From the human T2T-CHM13v2.0 reference genome, Homo sapiens: a stretch of 64,000 nucleotides of DNA. A program made the translations under genes and the position numbers. Location: NCBI RefSeq assembly GCF_009914755.1, contig NC_060928.1; one strand, given 5' to 3'. Positions 33,345-49,900 of the stretch are shown here, in pieces (position 1 is the stretch's first letter; every line of letters begins with the position of its first letter). The notes under the pieces are model-generated. The model did not search any database, was not told the DNA's origin, and saw nothing but the letters and a program-made list of their open reading frames with translations.

Positions 33345-34201
33345 GCTCTCTCTTTGTTTCCATGAACTGTCAGTTGCAAACGTCAATTCCTAAAATTCTC
33401 ATACCTAAAAGGCAAAAGAATTGAAAGTGACCAAAAGATGAGACAGGAGCATATTTAGGAAAGTTGAGGGGAGGAGCAGCTCAGGAAAAAAAAAGAAATA
33501 AAATAGAAAAAATATGTTATCAGTCAGTCAAGAAGAGTCACAGATCCAAAAGTCACATCTTAAATATGTTTCAGTATTTCATGGGTTTATAAACTCCTCT
33601 AGTATTTTCATGGGCTTAAAGAAAACTATTGCATACATTTTGTTTTATTCTCTAGAAAATCTTGCCCTCCTGCTATCACTTGAGGAAGTGAGTAAGAAGG
33701 TCTGTCCTTTAATTATTGACCAAACACCTAGGTTACGGAGTTTAAATCCTTTTAATGATGAATAAAACCACGAGCGGCTGGATTAGCTTGTCCAGTGTTA
33801 ATCAGAGCCTTTCCTGGACATTCTTTCCCACCTTCTATTTCATGACTAGGAATAGTAAAGCCTAAGTTTTCAAATTTATGTTAAATCCAAGAGGTTAAAA
33901 AAATTTAAGGCCAGTTAAGTGGAGAAGAAGCTGTGTAAGGAAGGCTTACTAGATGTTTATATGCCCTCAAGTCAGGACTCTCAAGCCAGCAGTATGCAGC
34001 ATCCTCTCTGAAGTCTTATTATGGAAGAGCTCTCTGGATGACCCAGGCAATTCTATGCATATTTTAAAGAGTGAGCATTTTTCATAATGGCTCCTTCTAA
34101 TAACCAACAACTCCCAGCAATGATGAAAGTCACCATCATTTGTCAAGCAATTTGGTAACATCTAAAAACATTTCCCCAAGAACTGCTCCCCTCCAACACA
34201 C

Positions 34202-34205
<4 letters not shown>

Positions 34206-34248
<43 letters not shown>
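34206..34248. repeat. (CA)~21 microsatellite
   Basis: read directly from sequence. Confidence 0.95.
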
Positions 34249-34250
<2 letters not shown>

Positions 34251-34982
34251 TAGTCTTCTTGAGTCCACTTTCAAAGCCATCTCTGTTGCAAAAGCCACCT
34301 CTGGCAAGGAGTTGGAAATGAATCAATCTTGGCAAAACAGGAAATGATTTGGGAGGACAGAATTAAACTTGGGTAGTTTTTCTTTCCTTTCTCAGTTGTA
34401 CTTTTGTTCATAGCTTCAGCTGGGAGAGAGAGTGCACACATTTAGTTGGGAGTTTATGAGTTCATATTTTATAATTAACGTTGCCAACAGGGGAGTTTGA
34501 TTAATACCAAGCAGTGGATTTTGAGCAATGTTCCATACAAATTGCCAAATTTAGCAATAAAATAAATTGGTTATGAGAACATAATTAGTAGGATGACTAC
34601 TTAAAATTCAAAACCGAATGTGAATAATTCCAAATCATCTGAGCCACAAATCCATTATTTGTATATAAGGGCGAAAGTATAACATTTGGGTTTTATTTTG
34701 CCCTCAACCACAGTGTTATTCACCACTAAGTTGAACATAATGAAACTTCCACAATGGGTTGTGGCAATATTTTAGAGCCACTGAGAAACACACATATACA
34801 TGCATGCACACACACAAAGGGAATGTAAAAAGGTAAGATACGCTAAACTGCGAATTTTCATTATAAATTTAAAAATCTATAACAAACTTTTCAACAAATG
34901 CTGCATTACATTTTTCCGATGTGCAATATATAAACCTCGAACGCACAATGTTGCAGCAGAGCTTCTTCCCTGTAAATACTCA

Positions 34983-35096
<114 letters not shown>

Positions 35097-35383
35097 CTAG
35101 AAATATCAACACATTATGAAATACAATCAGAAATGGAGGAGTGGATGAATGCAGGGCTTCATTGGGCTTGTGGATGCTGGTGTCTAACCCCAGTTGAACC
35201 ACACAAAGCCCGTTATAGTAAACACATATATGAATGCAGCCAGTGTGTGAATCACACCACTACAATGGCACGCAGGAAAATGAAGTTGGCCATGAACCTC
35301 AATTTGGAGATATTCTTTGTTTACAGAATGGCTCACAGAGGGTACTTGAACAAGCAATGGAAGAGTCAGTCTTATTTGCCTTA

Positions 35384-35539
<156 letters not shown>

Positions 35540-37199
35540 TTATCACTAAAAATCTGGAAAAAGGACATAGAGTTCAATTGTAAAATTTGGGCCAGGCCAA
35601 CAACATAGAAAAAGTTTCATTTTCTTGTTTGGATAGCTTCTTATTCTTCAAATATATGTTGTCTCATGAGCTTTCGTGTGTGACCTCAATGCCTAGAATT
35701 TTGATTACAATTCTAGGGGGCGGCCAGAGAAGAAGTCAGTGACGAGCAACAATCTCTGAAATCAGGATCCAGAAGAAATGCAACAGTTTCCTGGGCTGGT
35801 TTTCCCCTTCTTTATTTCCTTATTCTACCTCACATAGTACTAAATAGCCAGGATAATCGCCCTTCATTCCCATCTTCATGACATCATCCTTTCCTTAAGA
35901 TTTGCCTCCTGTTGGGATCCAGGTCCCTCCGGTCTCCATGGCCAGTCCATCAGCCAGCCTCCCCTTTTGGTGTGGCTCCATCTCACAGCCTCATGGTCCC
36001 TTTCCCCAGAGCATGCAGACACCTTTTACCATATCCTCACCCCTTACCCACATTTCCTGAACCTGGGATTCCTGGCCGCCCATCTAGCTACCTATTCCAG
36101 TCTTTTACTCACAGTCCTCGCTCACATGGCTTCTTGTTCTCCCATACTATTCTTACTTTGCTAATGGACTTGCCCTAATTCTCACCTGACTTATCACATT
36201 CTTACTGAACCTTAGCAGGAAGAGACTGCAAACTACTGAAAGGCAGAGACTCTGCTTTCTGCTTCCTCTGCTTCCATGTGCGTTGTTCCAGACAGTGCTC
36301 AGGTACCGACAAGTGTTTTAAAAGCTCATAATGAATAAATGAAGAAAGGAGGGAAGGAAGCAAGTAAGCAATCCAAACAGGCCTCCTGGAAGGGGGGATC
36401 ATTCAAGGAGAGTCAAACGAGGGATATTAGAGATGATCTTAATATGAAAGAATCCCTTCCTGCTGCAGCTGAAGAAACCCAAATCCAGAGAGGTTAGGGA
36501 ACTAACCCGACTGGAATGGCTAAATTTCCAAAGACTTCAATGCTAATACTTTGGGGAATATGTAACTATGGTGGGTACTAAAAACAGAATTAAAGGGAAA
36601 AGAAGATAACGATTACATGTTGGCTGACCTCCCGTATCCCATTTGTTGGGATATCCTGTTGTCTTACCTACTAGGTCTCCCCACCTCATGCTCACCTCCC
36701 TGTGGTCCCCCACACAGACCAGGCATGATCCTATTTCAGTGCCAGGGCCCTATTCTCTCTGTTTAGAATGCTCTCCCTCCAGAGAGCCTCTTGGTTCACT
36801 TCCTCACCTCCTTCAGTCTTGCTCAAAGGTCACCGTCTCAACAGGGTCCATCTTAACCGATCGATTTAATACTGAAACCTTCCCCGGTGCTACCTTACCT
36901 TTTTTTCTGGAGCACTTGCCATCTGTTATCATTTACTTCATGGTTCATTGCTTACTGTTGACTCCTTGTCTCCCTCTCCTTACTAAAACATAAGTTCCAT
37001 GAAGGGCAAGGAACTTCGTTGTCTCTACTGACCTCTCCCAAGCACCTAGTAGATGCTCCATAACTATTTTTAAAATAAGAGGCAATAAGCTGAGTGTGGA
37101 GGTTGCACTCTCCCTAGGAGAGATCAGGAATAATAAGAGTGTACCAAGACTGAAACCAATGCCTGGCATGGAGACTTGCATAGAAAATCATTCATCCCT

Positions 37200-37551
<352 letters not shown>

Positions 37552-40500
37552 TTAATCAAGCCCTGATCTCTACTCACTTATTTGAGAACATTACTCAGTA
37601 ACTCCATCGAATTTTTCAGCCCCCTATTTGCAAAGCTCCCATCTTGTAATATTTGAGTTCTAATTTTCCCAGATTTCTGTTCTCCTAAGACAAAAATTTA
37701 GTGATGGATGAGGAAAATCAAAACCTATTTTGTAGGTAGGAAAGCAAAGAAACATGAGACACTGTGAACAAATGACTGCCTTTGGAAATTTCCCTAAATG
37801 GGAGGAATCAGAGAGAAGAGGCTGCATTCTGATCATGCCACTTCCTGGGTTGGGTGACATGACAGGAGTTTCTTAATCTCTTGGGTCTCCCATCTGTAAG
37901 ACAGAGCTAGCAACACATAGTTATTTGATCTTTAAATAATGAACAAAGAATGCCTACCACAGTGCCTGGCATCATGTGTGGGCTCACTAAAGGTGGGTTA
38001 CCTCCCTCAACTGTGCCCACTCCGTGGTTGCTACTCCAACGCTCAGTGAACAGAGCTGTGTAAATGCAGCGAAGGCCTCTCCTTGGACACAGCTGACTCC
38101 TTTGCAATCCTGCCCCTTTATTGTTGATTATTTGTTCATTCATTTATCTGACAAATATTTATTGGGCACCTGGCATCTGCCTGGCACTGTTTTAGACCTG
38201 GAGATACAGCAGCAAACAATACAGACAAAACCCTTGCCCTTAGAAACTGACATCGAATGGGTGACATTACATTAACTACATTATATTACAATAGAATATA
38301 TAATGAATCCGTGTGCTAGATGATAACATGCTGCAGAGAAAAATAAAGCAGGCAAAGGGAATAGAATGTGTTGGAAGAAAGGGCCGCAGAAGGTTTCACT
38401 GAGAAGGCCACATTTACATCAAGACTTGAAAAAGGAGAGAGAGAGCCTTGTAGATATCTTGGAGAAAAAGTCCCAGACAGGGGAAAAGGCAAACAGGCTT
38501 CCCTCTCTCCCTCACCCCATCACATCTCAAAACTTCCATTTGAAAGCGCAGCTCAAGGCCACAAGAGCAGGCTGACCACAAGGACTACAGCGAAGTCGAG
38601 AGATGACTCAATTCTTGATTTTCGTTTCCTGGTTCCCCCTCTCCATCCACAGCTCTCCTTCCTTAGCTCAAGGTGTCACATGTGGGCGGCCTCTGCCTTT
38701 CCTCCACGGAACTCCAGAACATTCCCCAGACATTAGCTCATTGATCCTTTTCCCTGGCAGCAAACATAATCCCTCCCTACCAGATGGAGGGCCAGGCCAT
38801 TGGGCAGCAGTGACTGTCCCTGGGGAGCAGCGGGAGGAGCAGCCCAGCGCTTGCTCGGTCTGGGAGCTGGCTGCCAACTGCACATTCAGGTGAATCTCAG
38901 CATCCCCATCTGGAGAAGATGCAGCAAAATTCACCTAAACCTTCATTTAGCGGAAGAGAGGTCCAAAGAAATGTCTGTAAGGGCAACAATGAAAACGTAA
39001 AAAAAGACAAGGGAAAAAAATCTCCAACCTCCCTAAGCTTCCCTTTTTAAATCAATATTTCCTTAGTCTCTGGTGGGCAGGAAGACCCTGACATTCACTG
39101 ACCAATGTAACTGCAGTGGCTACATTGGTAGCTACTGTATGGGTAAACCAGTACAACTCAATCTGTTGGTGGGAAAAGAGTTCTCTTTTCTCAATCCATA
39201 CTAGATCAATACTTTTGTAAAATCTAATAAAAATGAGTTACTAGGCAAATAAATTTAAGAAGACAAGAAGATAAAACCCCAAGTGTGTATCATTAGATTC
39301 AACAGACATAAAACCATGCTGTCAAATTGCTATAAAAGTTTCTGAACACTTACTCTCAATTTCTGTATGTATCTTGTCATGGACCAGAAACAATTAGGTT
39401 GCAGCCTGGCCCTGGTCCTTGGGCCTCACTTTAAAAAGCACTGAGCTCAAATGGTTTTCCTAGGGATATGGAAACTAGAGTAAAGAAGACACTTTATAAA
39501 AATCAGTCAATAATTCCAGTGATGGCCAGGACGGAGGGCAGGGCTGCTTTAGGAAACAGTTATTTAGAGACCTAGTGATGTGATTATTGAAAATTATTTA
39601 CTCTGGAGCCTGGCTGAAAAGAAATCTACTAAGAGCCAGCATTTCTACATTAGCTGCAAAACAGTGGTTTATTAAAATCGCAATCCTCCAAGTGAGTTCA
39701 CTGTAAATCTACCCCAGCTTTAAACTTGGCCCCTGGAGTACAGTGGGGTGGGGGTGGCACCACTGCTTCAAAGCAGGTGACTGTAATTTTCTTTTACCTT
39801 TAACAGGCTAGATTCCTTGTCAACATACAATTCTTTTCTATTCAGTCCCTCCACCTCCTCAACTCCAAAACAATAACTTTGAAAACTAGAAAATGACTAT
39901 TCTGATATGGTGCCTAATTCCTTGACATACACCTTAAAGAACAGCAAAAAAAAAAGAAAGTAGTACATTTCAAAGTGCTCAAAATAGAGGAGAAAAGTTC
40001 ACAGGATTCTTTTGACCAAAAATAACACCCATGACTCACACACATTCACTATAACAATCCATCAAGCTAACACACGGTGCCTGCTTATAATTTATCAGCT
40101 ATGCAGAGCACTTTGTCTAACTGTTACTGAGAAGGACTCTGTGACCATCAGTTTAGAATAACAGCACTATGTAAAGGAAATGTCAGGGAAAAGTGGCAGC
40201 CTGCCTAAGACTGGGTTTCACAGGGAAGGAAAACAAAACCAAGAGATTCTTTCCTCTAAATCTCTTGGGGCAAGAGGCAGCATAAATAGCAAAACATAAA
40301 ACGGTTTAAAAAGAAGCCTCTTTTAAATATTCAGATCAAGCGAGAGCCAACATTAAAGGTTGACATTTTTGCTCTGATAATAGTGGAATGTTGAATATAG
40401 TGGGATACGTGTAGAATCCATATATTTAAGTCACTCTTTCTAGCTAGGAGTTTATTAAAATTGTGATGGGAAAGGGAGAGAAGAGAGATTTGATGAAAAC

Positions 40501-40980
40501 ATAGCGGAGAGATTCAAGGCCGAAAGGATATGACAGCTTTCCATTCTGAAACACCTTCCTTTGTCAAGGAACAACTCAATCCCCAATTATAAATGATGCC
40601 TGCAGAAGCAATTCACCAAAGCCAGCCCTGGGTGTGGGAACTGGGAGGCCCTGGAAATTCTCTCTGGACAGGGATGATGACTACAAATACTGACAGCTGT
40701 TGTGAAGGCAAAGACCAGGAAATTGATAGAGCTGTCGGATCTCACCCCCAACCTCTTCCCAACTGTTTGCAGGAATCCTCACCGAGGTAGGTTAGCCACA
40801 TGGGAGAGGGCAGCTATCTTGCAGCATTTCTTTAAGCCCTGCTGCACTCTGAACTCTAGCTCTTGCCTCTATCACCGTTCCAATTCCCCTACAAATGCCG
40901 CAAAATATGTCAGAATGGTTTACACTACAGATGTGACATGTTTTTTAAACTTATAAGAACCAATGGGAGATTTTAAAATA

Positions 40981-43593
40981 CGGACAGTCCCTGATTTAAT
41001 GATGCTTCAACTTATGATCTTTCAACTTTACAATGGTGTGAAAAAGATAGGCATACAGTAGAAACTGTAGTTTGAGTACATAGCCATTCTGTTTTTTGGT
41101 TTCAGTACGGTATGGAATAAATTACACTTTATAAAATAGGTCTTATATTAGATGATTTTGCCCAACCGTACACTAATATAAGTGTTCTGAGCATATTTGA
41201 GGTAGGCTAGGCTAAGCTAAGCTATGATGTAGGGTGGATGTACTAAACGCATTTTCAACTTTTAATGTTTTCAATTTATGATGGGTTTATCAGAATGTAA
41301 CCCCCTTGAGCATCCCTTTATGATTAAAACCCTCAGCAAAATCTGCATGGAAGGGACATACCTTAAGGTAATAAAAGCTATCTATAACAAACCCACAGCC
41401 AACATTATGCTGAACAGGGAAAAGTTGAAAGCATTCCCCCTGAGAACTGGAACAAGACAAAGATACTCACTTTCACCACTTCTATTTAACATAGTACTGG
41501 AAGTCCTAGCAAGAGCAATCAGACAAGAGAAAGAAATAAAAGGCATCCAAATCAGTAAGGAGGAAGTCAAACTGTTGCTGTTTGCTGATGATATGATCAT
41601 ATACCTAGAAAACCCTAAAGACTCCTCCAAAAAGCTCCTAGATCTTATACATGAATTCAGTAAAGTTTCAGGATACAAAATCAATGTACACAAATCAGTA
41701 GCACTGCTATATACCAACAGTGGTCAAGCTGAGAATCAAATCAAGAACTCAACCCTTTTACAAACTGCAAAAAAATAAAGTACTTTGAAATATGCCGAAC
41801 CAAGGAGATGAAAGACCTCTATAAGGAAAACTACAAAGTACTACTGAAAGAAATCAAAGACAACACAACCAAATAGAAACACACCCCGTGCTTTTAGATA
41901 GGTAGAATCACTATTGTGAAAATGACCATACTGCCAAAAGCAATCTATAAATTCAACACAATTCCCATTAAAGTACCATCATCATTCTTCACAGAACTAG
42001 AAAAGACAATCCTAACATTCATATGGAACCAAAAAAGAGCCCGCATAGCCAAAGCAAAACTAAGCAAAAAGGACAACTCTGGAGGCATCACACTACCTGA
42101 CTTCAAACTATACCATTAGGCCATAGTCACCAAAACAGCATGGTACTGACACAAAAACAGCAACATAGATCAATGGAGCAGAATAGAGAAGCCAGAAATA
42201 AAGTCAAATACTTACAGCTAACTGATCTTCAACAAAGAAAACAAAAACATAAGGTACGGAAAGGACACCCTATTCAACAAACGGTGCTGTGATAATTGGA
42301 AAGGCGCACGTAGAGGAATGAAATTGGATCCTCATCTCTCACCTTATACAAAAGCCAACTCAAGATGGATGAAGGACTTAAATCTAAGACCTGAAACCAC
42401 AAAAATTCTATAAGATAGCATCAGAAAAACCCTTCTAGACATTGGCTTAGGCAAATACATCATGACCAGGAATACAAAAGCATATGCAACAAAAACAAAG
42501 ATAAATAGATGGGACTTAATTAAACTAAAAAGCTTCTGCAGAGCAAAAGAAATTATCAGCAGAGTAAACAGACAACCCACAGAGTGGGAGAAAAATCTTT
42601 GCAAACTATGCATCCAACAAAGGACTAATATCCAGAATCTACAAGGAACTCAAGCAAATCTGCAAGAAAAAAACAAATATTCCCATTAGAAAAGGTAGAT
42701 AAGAACATGAAGAGACAATTCTCAAAAGAAGATATATAAATGGCCGACAAACATATGAAAAAATGCTCAACATCACTAATTATCAGGAAAATGCAAATCA
42801 AAATCACAATGCAATAACACCTTACTCCTATAAGGTGTTATTACTCCTGTAAGGCCATAATTTAAAAATCAAAAAATAATAGATGTTGGCATGGATGTGG
42901 TAAAAAGGGAACACTTTTACACTGCTGGTGGGAATGTAAACTATTATAACCACTATGGAAAACAGTATGGAGATTCCTTAAAGATCTAAAAGTACATCTT
43001 CCATTTGATCCAGCAATCCCACTATTGGGTATCTACTCAAAGGAAAAGAAGTCACTATATGAAAAACACACTTGCACATGCATGTTTGTAGCAGCACAAT
43101 TCACAATTGCAAAAATATAGAACTAGCCCAAATGCCCATCAATCAATGAGCGAATAAATAATATGTGATATATATATATGCACACACACACACACACACA
43201 CCATGGAGTACTGCTCAGCCATAAAGAGGAACAAAATAATGGCATTTTCAGCAATCTGGATGGAGTTGGAGACTATTATTCTAAATGAAGTAACTCAGGA
43301 ATGAAAAAACAAACATTTTAAGTTCTCACTGATATGTGGGAGTTAAGCTATGAGGACACAAAGGCATAAGAATGAAACAATGGACTCTGGGGACTCGAAG
43401 GGAAGGGCGGGATGCAGGTGAAGAATAAAAGACTACATATTGGGTACAGTGCACACTGCTCAGGTGATGGGTGCACCAAAATCTAAGAAATCACCACTGA
43501 AGAACTTACTCATGTAACCAAACACAACTTGTTCCCCCTAAACTACTGAAATTAAAAAAAAAATGTAACCCCCTTGTAAGCTGAGGAGCATCT
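40981..43593. mobile_element. MER47/Tigger5-like DNA transposon split by the L1 (parts 40981-41308 and 43577-43593)
   Basis: tttatgatgggtttatcagaatgtaaccccc...gtaagctgaggagcatctg joins across the L1 TSD. Confidence 0.65.
41309..43561 (+). mobile_element. 5'-truncated LINE-1 (L1PB-like): ORF2 RT and C-terminal remnant plus 3'UTR; inactive
   Basis: ORF 41278..41778 contains the L1 RT motif [14 protein letters not shown]; frameshifts and stops follow; 15-bp TSD aatgtaacccccttg at 41294-41308 and 43562-43576. Confidence 0.95.
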
Positions 43594-43766
43594 GTGTAAC
43601 CATGGATCATATTTGGCAATGACCATGATGTTAAGGGAACCTATTTTCAATGATCGAATATTTGACAGTGGTCAAATCTGACAGCCCTAAATCTTTCAGA
43701 TTTGGGAGAAAAGTTTCCATTCTATACCATTTCTCTCGCTGTAATAAGAAATGGGAAGATGGACAT

Positions 43767-45236
<1,470 letters not shown>

Positions 45237-45478
45237 AAGTTTAAGAAAAACCTTTTAACCGTGTGCTATTCCAGACACTGGAAATAGGAATCAAAGAGGT
45301 AGGCCACATGTTTTCACCTGTGTCCTTAAATATTTCAGACCAGTAGCCAGTAGAGGAAAAGGCCAATATTTCAGGAACAATCCTGCAAGTTGAAACTGCC
45401 TTTGCAAAATTATGACAGTAAGAGAAATCTGACATGGCTTCTAACCTCACAGGCTGGCTGTCTTCACTCATTCCCCAG

Positions 45479-46024
45479 TGCAGAAAGTAGAAAAGTTCCT
45501 CTTCAAAGCTCATCTTGGTTTAAAAATAAAATAGTAGACACTAGGAATAATAGCTCCTTACTCTAAAGCCTCCTATCAACTATTAGTTCTTACACTTTAG
45601 CCCAGGCATGTCTGGACAGGCCCAGCCTAGTCTTTGCTCATAGGTTATGCCCCTTCCTTATTTGGAAATGTTATTGCTTCCTTAAACCTTTCATAAGCAA
45701 CTTCCTTTCCTTCTTTGTTCTTCCCTGCACTTACCTATTTAGGAAAGTTTTAGGCTATTAGCAAATCAGGTATCAGTTTAAGATTGTGAGGTTCAGCTCC
45801 AGCCAATGGATGCAGGACACAGCGGTAAGGATGACCCAAATGCATAAGGGACAAATATATCTGCTTTTCATTTGTTCAGGTGTGCTCTCGCCATTGTTCC
45901 ATCTGCGAGGGGCACCCTTTCTGCAGAAAGTAAAGAGTGCCTTGCTGAGAGATCTTTTGTCTCGGTGCTGACTTTTCTTCATGGGACCGATTATCTATTT
46001 CTAACTATTTTGGTATTTCTAACA
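45479..46024 (+). mobile_element. LTR10(B)-like ERV1 solo LTR nested in the LTR8
   Basis: TG...CA termini; TSD cccag/cccgg; LTR8 sequence resumes directly after it. Confidence 0.7.
45604..45633. promoter_or_regulatory. Candidate p53 response element (three contiguous half-sites)
   Basis: AGGCATGTCT GGACAGGCCC AGCCTAGTCT versus RRRCWWGYYY: 0, 1 and 1 mismatches, no spacers. Confidence 0.55.
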
Positions 46025-46674
46025 CCCGGCGTGGGCCGGGCTAACTTTGGGAGAAATTTAGTTTATTGTTTAAATAATAGCCCTTCTCAAAAATTAAACT
46101 GCTCTTGTAAAACTAATGAAAATCCACCAAGTTAGAAGGAAGAGAGGGGCCTGAATTCTACTGAAAGGTTAGGTATCATTAAATAATCACCAGCCATTAT
46201 TCCAGAGATCACAAGATTTGCAGTTTCCCTAATTATTCCTGCTAATAATGCCACTATTGTATAAACTAAGATTGGCCTTTTGAGATGTCTTTCTAGGTTT
46301 TCACATTTCTGACAACTGGATAACCTCACTGGGACTAACCAACTGGTCCTGTGACCCTCACCCAGGAACCAACTCAGCCCAAGAAGACGGCTTCGACTCC
46401 CTGTGATTTCATCTCAGATCCAACAGCACTCCCCACTCCCTGGCCCCCTACCTGCCAAATTATCCTTGAAAACCCCTAGTCTTCAAATTTTCAAGGAGAC
46501 TGATTTGAGTGATAAAAAAACTCCGGTCTCCCGTTCAGCTGGCCCTGCGTGAATTAAACTCTTTCTCTATTGCAATTTCCTTGTCTTGATAAATTGGCTC
46601 TATCTAGGCAGTGAGCAAAATGAACCTACTGGACAGTTACAAAGTCATCCCAAATCTTCAGAATTTACTAAATA

Positions 46675-46913
46675 CAGTTGATCCTTGAACAACACAGGCT
46701 TGAACCACACAGATCCACTTATGTGTGCATTTTTTTCAACCAAATACAGATCAAAAATACAGTATTCACAGAATGTAAAACCCATGGATATGGAGGCCCA
46801 ACTTCTTGTATTCACAGGTTCTGCAGGGCTGACTGGGGAACTTGAGTATGTGAGAATTTTGGTGTACACGGGGTTCCTGGAACCAATCCCCTCTGTATAC
46901 TGAGGAATGACTG
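46675..46913. mobile_element. MER8-like (Tigger2-derived) MITE
   Basis: 239 bp; TA flanks; cagttgatccttgaacaacac ... gaggaatgactg. Confidence 0.75.
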
Positions 46914-49900
46914 TATATGTAACCTCGCCATGGAAAAGTTATTCTACACCATAATATAAAAATGATGTATTCCAGAAAGTCTGGTAACATACCTCTCAAT
47001 CTGAAGACATATAAATCAGAACTGGAACTCAAAAATTAGAAGAAAACAAGAGAGAGACAGACACGCAGACAGACATGCAAGCCCTTGACCTAGGCACTTT
47101 CTCAAGAAAAGTAAGGAAAAAGAGAATGAGAAAAAGAGACCAGATTTTTACATGGTATTAAAAAGTTTGATACTCTGAGACCCTTAAATCCATACCTTCA
47201 ATATAGGAAAGTACTAGATTAAGCAAGAATACATTTAAAAAATGTTTGATGAAACATCAGGGGTTCTTGAGAGGTGTGATTGACAGCAAATTTAATTGCA
47301 ATTTCTACTCTGCTGCTTTGGTCTGATGGTGACTCCTGTGTTAACAGTAATAGAGTGAAACTTGCTTTGCTTAGCAAGGGCCCCCTATTCACAGCAACTG
47401 CCAAAGTGATGACCTTTGCTATAGCGACAGCTTTCTTAGTTACAAAAAGAACAACCACCCGAGAGCTTATTCGTACATATTTTTTGGCTGTGCAAGGAGA
47501 CCTTAGCAGCCTACTGCCACCTCGTAATCTCAAAATACACACTTGTGAATGAATGCATTTCCAGGCCCCACAGGCAAATGCTTTTGAATAGGCTTGGGAG
47601 GTTGCTATTTAAATAAATGTTTGCTTCATCTTGGCCATTATGATTCTGCATCTGCCACTTAGTGACTCCATTAATAGCTCCCAAGTTCTTTAGACTCATT
47701 GAGCCTAAATTTCCTCATCTATAAATCGGGGGGTGCTTCCACCTTCCTTACAAAATGGTTTCAAGGATTGAAAGGGCTTATGGGAAGGTGCATTAGTCCT
47801 CACAATAAAGTTGCTGTTGTTATGATTTGGGAGTGCTCCTAGGGACAGGACCTGGGATTTCTTCCTAGTTTCCCTGGTGTAATGAAAAAATCATACCATT
47901 CAAAGTGATATAAAAAGAAACATCTCAAAGCACTTGAGATCTTTGAAGGAAGTTTTAGGTTCTGAGCAACAAACCAGGACATATATACAAAGTCACTGTG
48001 ATTTGCAGTCACAGGAGACTAAAATAAGCTTGACCAAGGAGACTTTTTATGGAAATGAAAGGTTCCTTCCCATCCCACAAAGGGCCACTCTATGCTCTGA
48101 TTTTTCCAGGGTTGTCATCTTGGTGCGTGTCACTGTCTAAATAAGCCATCACTTTTTAGAAGCAAGAAGGCAACAGCTCCCTCCTGGACCATGAGAGATA
48201 CCTTTCGTGGTACGTCTGCTTGAAATCAAAATAGGAAAAGACAAAGATCTTAAAGATGTGTTTGACTGTTTATTCAAGGAGTTTTCACCGGGAAAATGTA
48301 CCTCTGTGACCTCAAAGAATCCCATCTTATAAGAAAATTAACCCGAGATAATTTAATTGCCCCTTTGTCTGCTTTGCAGGAACTGCTTGTTTAGCAAAAG
48401 AAAAATATTTAAAGGGTCATTGGAGATCTTTTGGTGATCTCTCACTGCAGTGCAAAGGGGCGCTCTGTGTACACTTCTGCCTGAAGTCACAAGAAGAAAT
48501 TTTCATTTCAATATCCCACGAGAAGCTATTAGTGCAATCACTGTTGTCTCAATTTCTTCACAGCTTCTTTAACGGATGATTTGCCATCGGAAATTCGTTG
48601 TTTTAAAAAGGATTCTGAGTTCCAAAAGAAAGCCTCAACAACTACATTTCTAGAACTACAAATGTAAAAGTTCTCATCTGTCCTTTAACGCGAAGACCCA
48701 AAAAGCAAAAAAAAAAAAAAAATATACACACACACACACCCACACACACACACACACACACGTGCATATATATTGATTGCTACAGGAAAGAAGACTGGCT
48801 TAGCAGGTAAAAATTCCTAGCTCAATTTCTGGTTCTCTACCACTCCTAAGCAGAGAGCTTTGAACAAGACACTTAATCTTTAGACTTCCAAAATGGGCTG
48901 GACTGAATGTTGACTACGGTTTTTCCCAGCTCAAACAGTCTAAGAATCGAATATAGAACAAAAAGCCTGAACTACAGCACCGAACTACAAGCTAGAGGGG
49001 TCTGGAATCTAAGCCTCCTCCATTAACCTGCTATGTGTCCTTGGATAAGTCACAGGAAAAATTAAAAATATCCAGTATTCATTGAGCACTCTCCAACTAA
49101 CAGACAATGAGCATCACAAACACCGCCACATCAGTGCCTCATAAGAGCTTTACAAACACATCTCAATATCATGTCCACTATGAACAGGAGGAAATTGAGT
49201 CTTGAAAGGTGACACAGTTTGCCCAGTCAGCAAGTGGAAAGGTTAAACTTGAATCCATGCAATTAAATGCCAGAATCTAAGTTCTTTTTATTTATTGCTA
49301 ACTGTGATGCTGCCCTGTGCCTTTATGAAAGACATACCTCCCAGTGTGACCTCAGAAGAATGCTGGGAGATTACATGCAGGCATGCATATATGCATGGTC
49401 TCTGAAAAATACAAAGTGTTTCAAAGACTAAGAATGTGGTATTGTTTTCTATCTATACTTGAGAAGAACCATCAATACATTTAGAGCAGCGGCTCTTAAA
49501 TGTGGTCCATGGAACACCAAGGATCTATAGAATGGCTGTAGGTCTGTGACTCCATGAAATTGAATGCAAATTTTTTTGCAGGCATGTTCTACAGCAAAGG
49601 CCCATGGCTTTCAACAGATCCTCAAAGGTATCACTGATTCACAAGAGAATAAGAACCACTGGTCCAGAGAAACGGAACTGAATCAAGGAGAAAATCCAAC
49701 AAGGGGCGATCATTGCAATCTTTCCTTCTGAAACAAACAGGAGAAGAGCCCAGTAAGCTCAGATCACAGAAATTCAACCTTCTGGGTCAAGAAACGAAAG
49801 TCACAGCTTCAAGGCCAGTGGGCAATAATACGCACATTGTGGTGTCTTCTCCTTTTCCTATACATACATCTCGTGACCTCTGGTCACATCTGTTAACTCC

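Larger units (their letters stand above)
45391..46641 (+). mobile_element. LTR8-like ERV1 solo LTR, interrupted by a nested LTR
   Basis: TGAAACTGCCTTTGCAAAATTATGAC ... GTTACA termini with 4-bp TSD aagt. Confidence 0.8.

Noticed and set aside
41278-42689. Reverse-transcriptase ORFs as an active gene or novel RT system
   Set aside because: They are fragments of a 5'-truncated L1 ORF2 with stops and frameshifts, bounded by a TSD.
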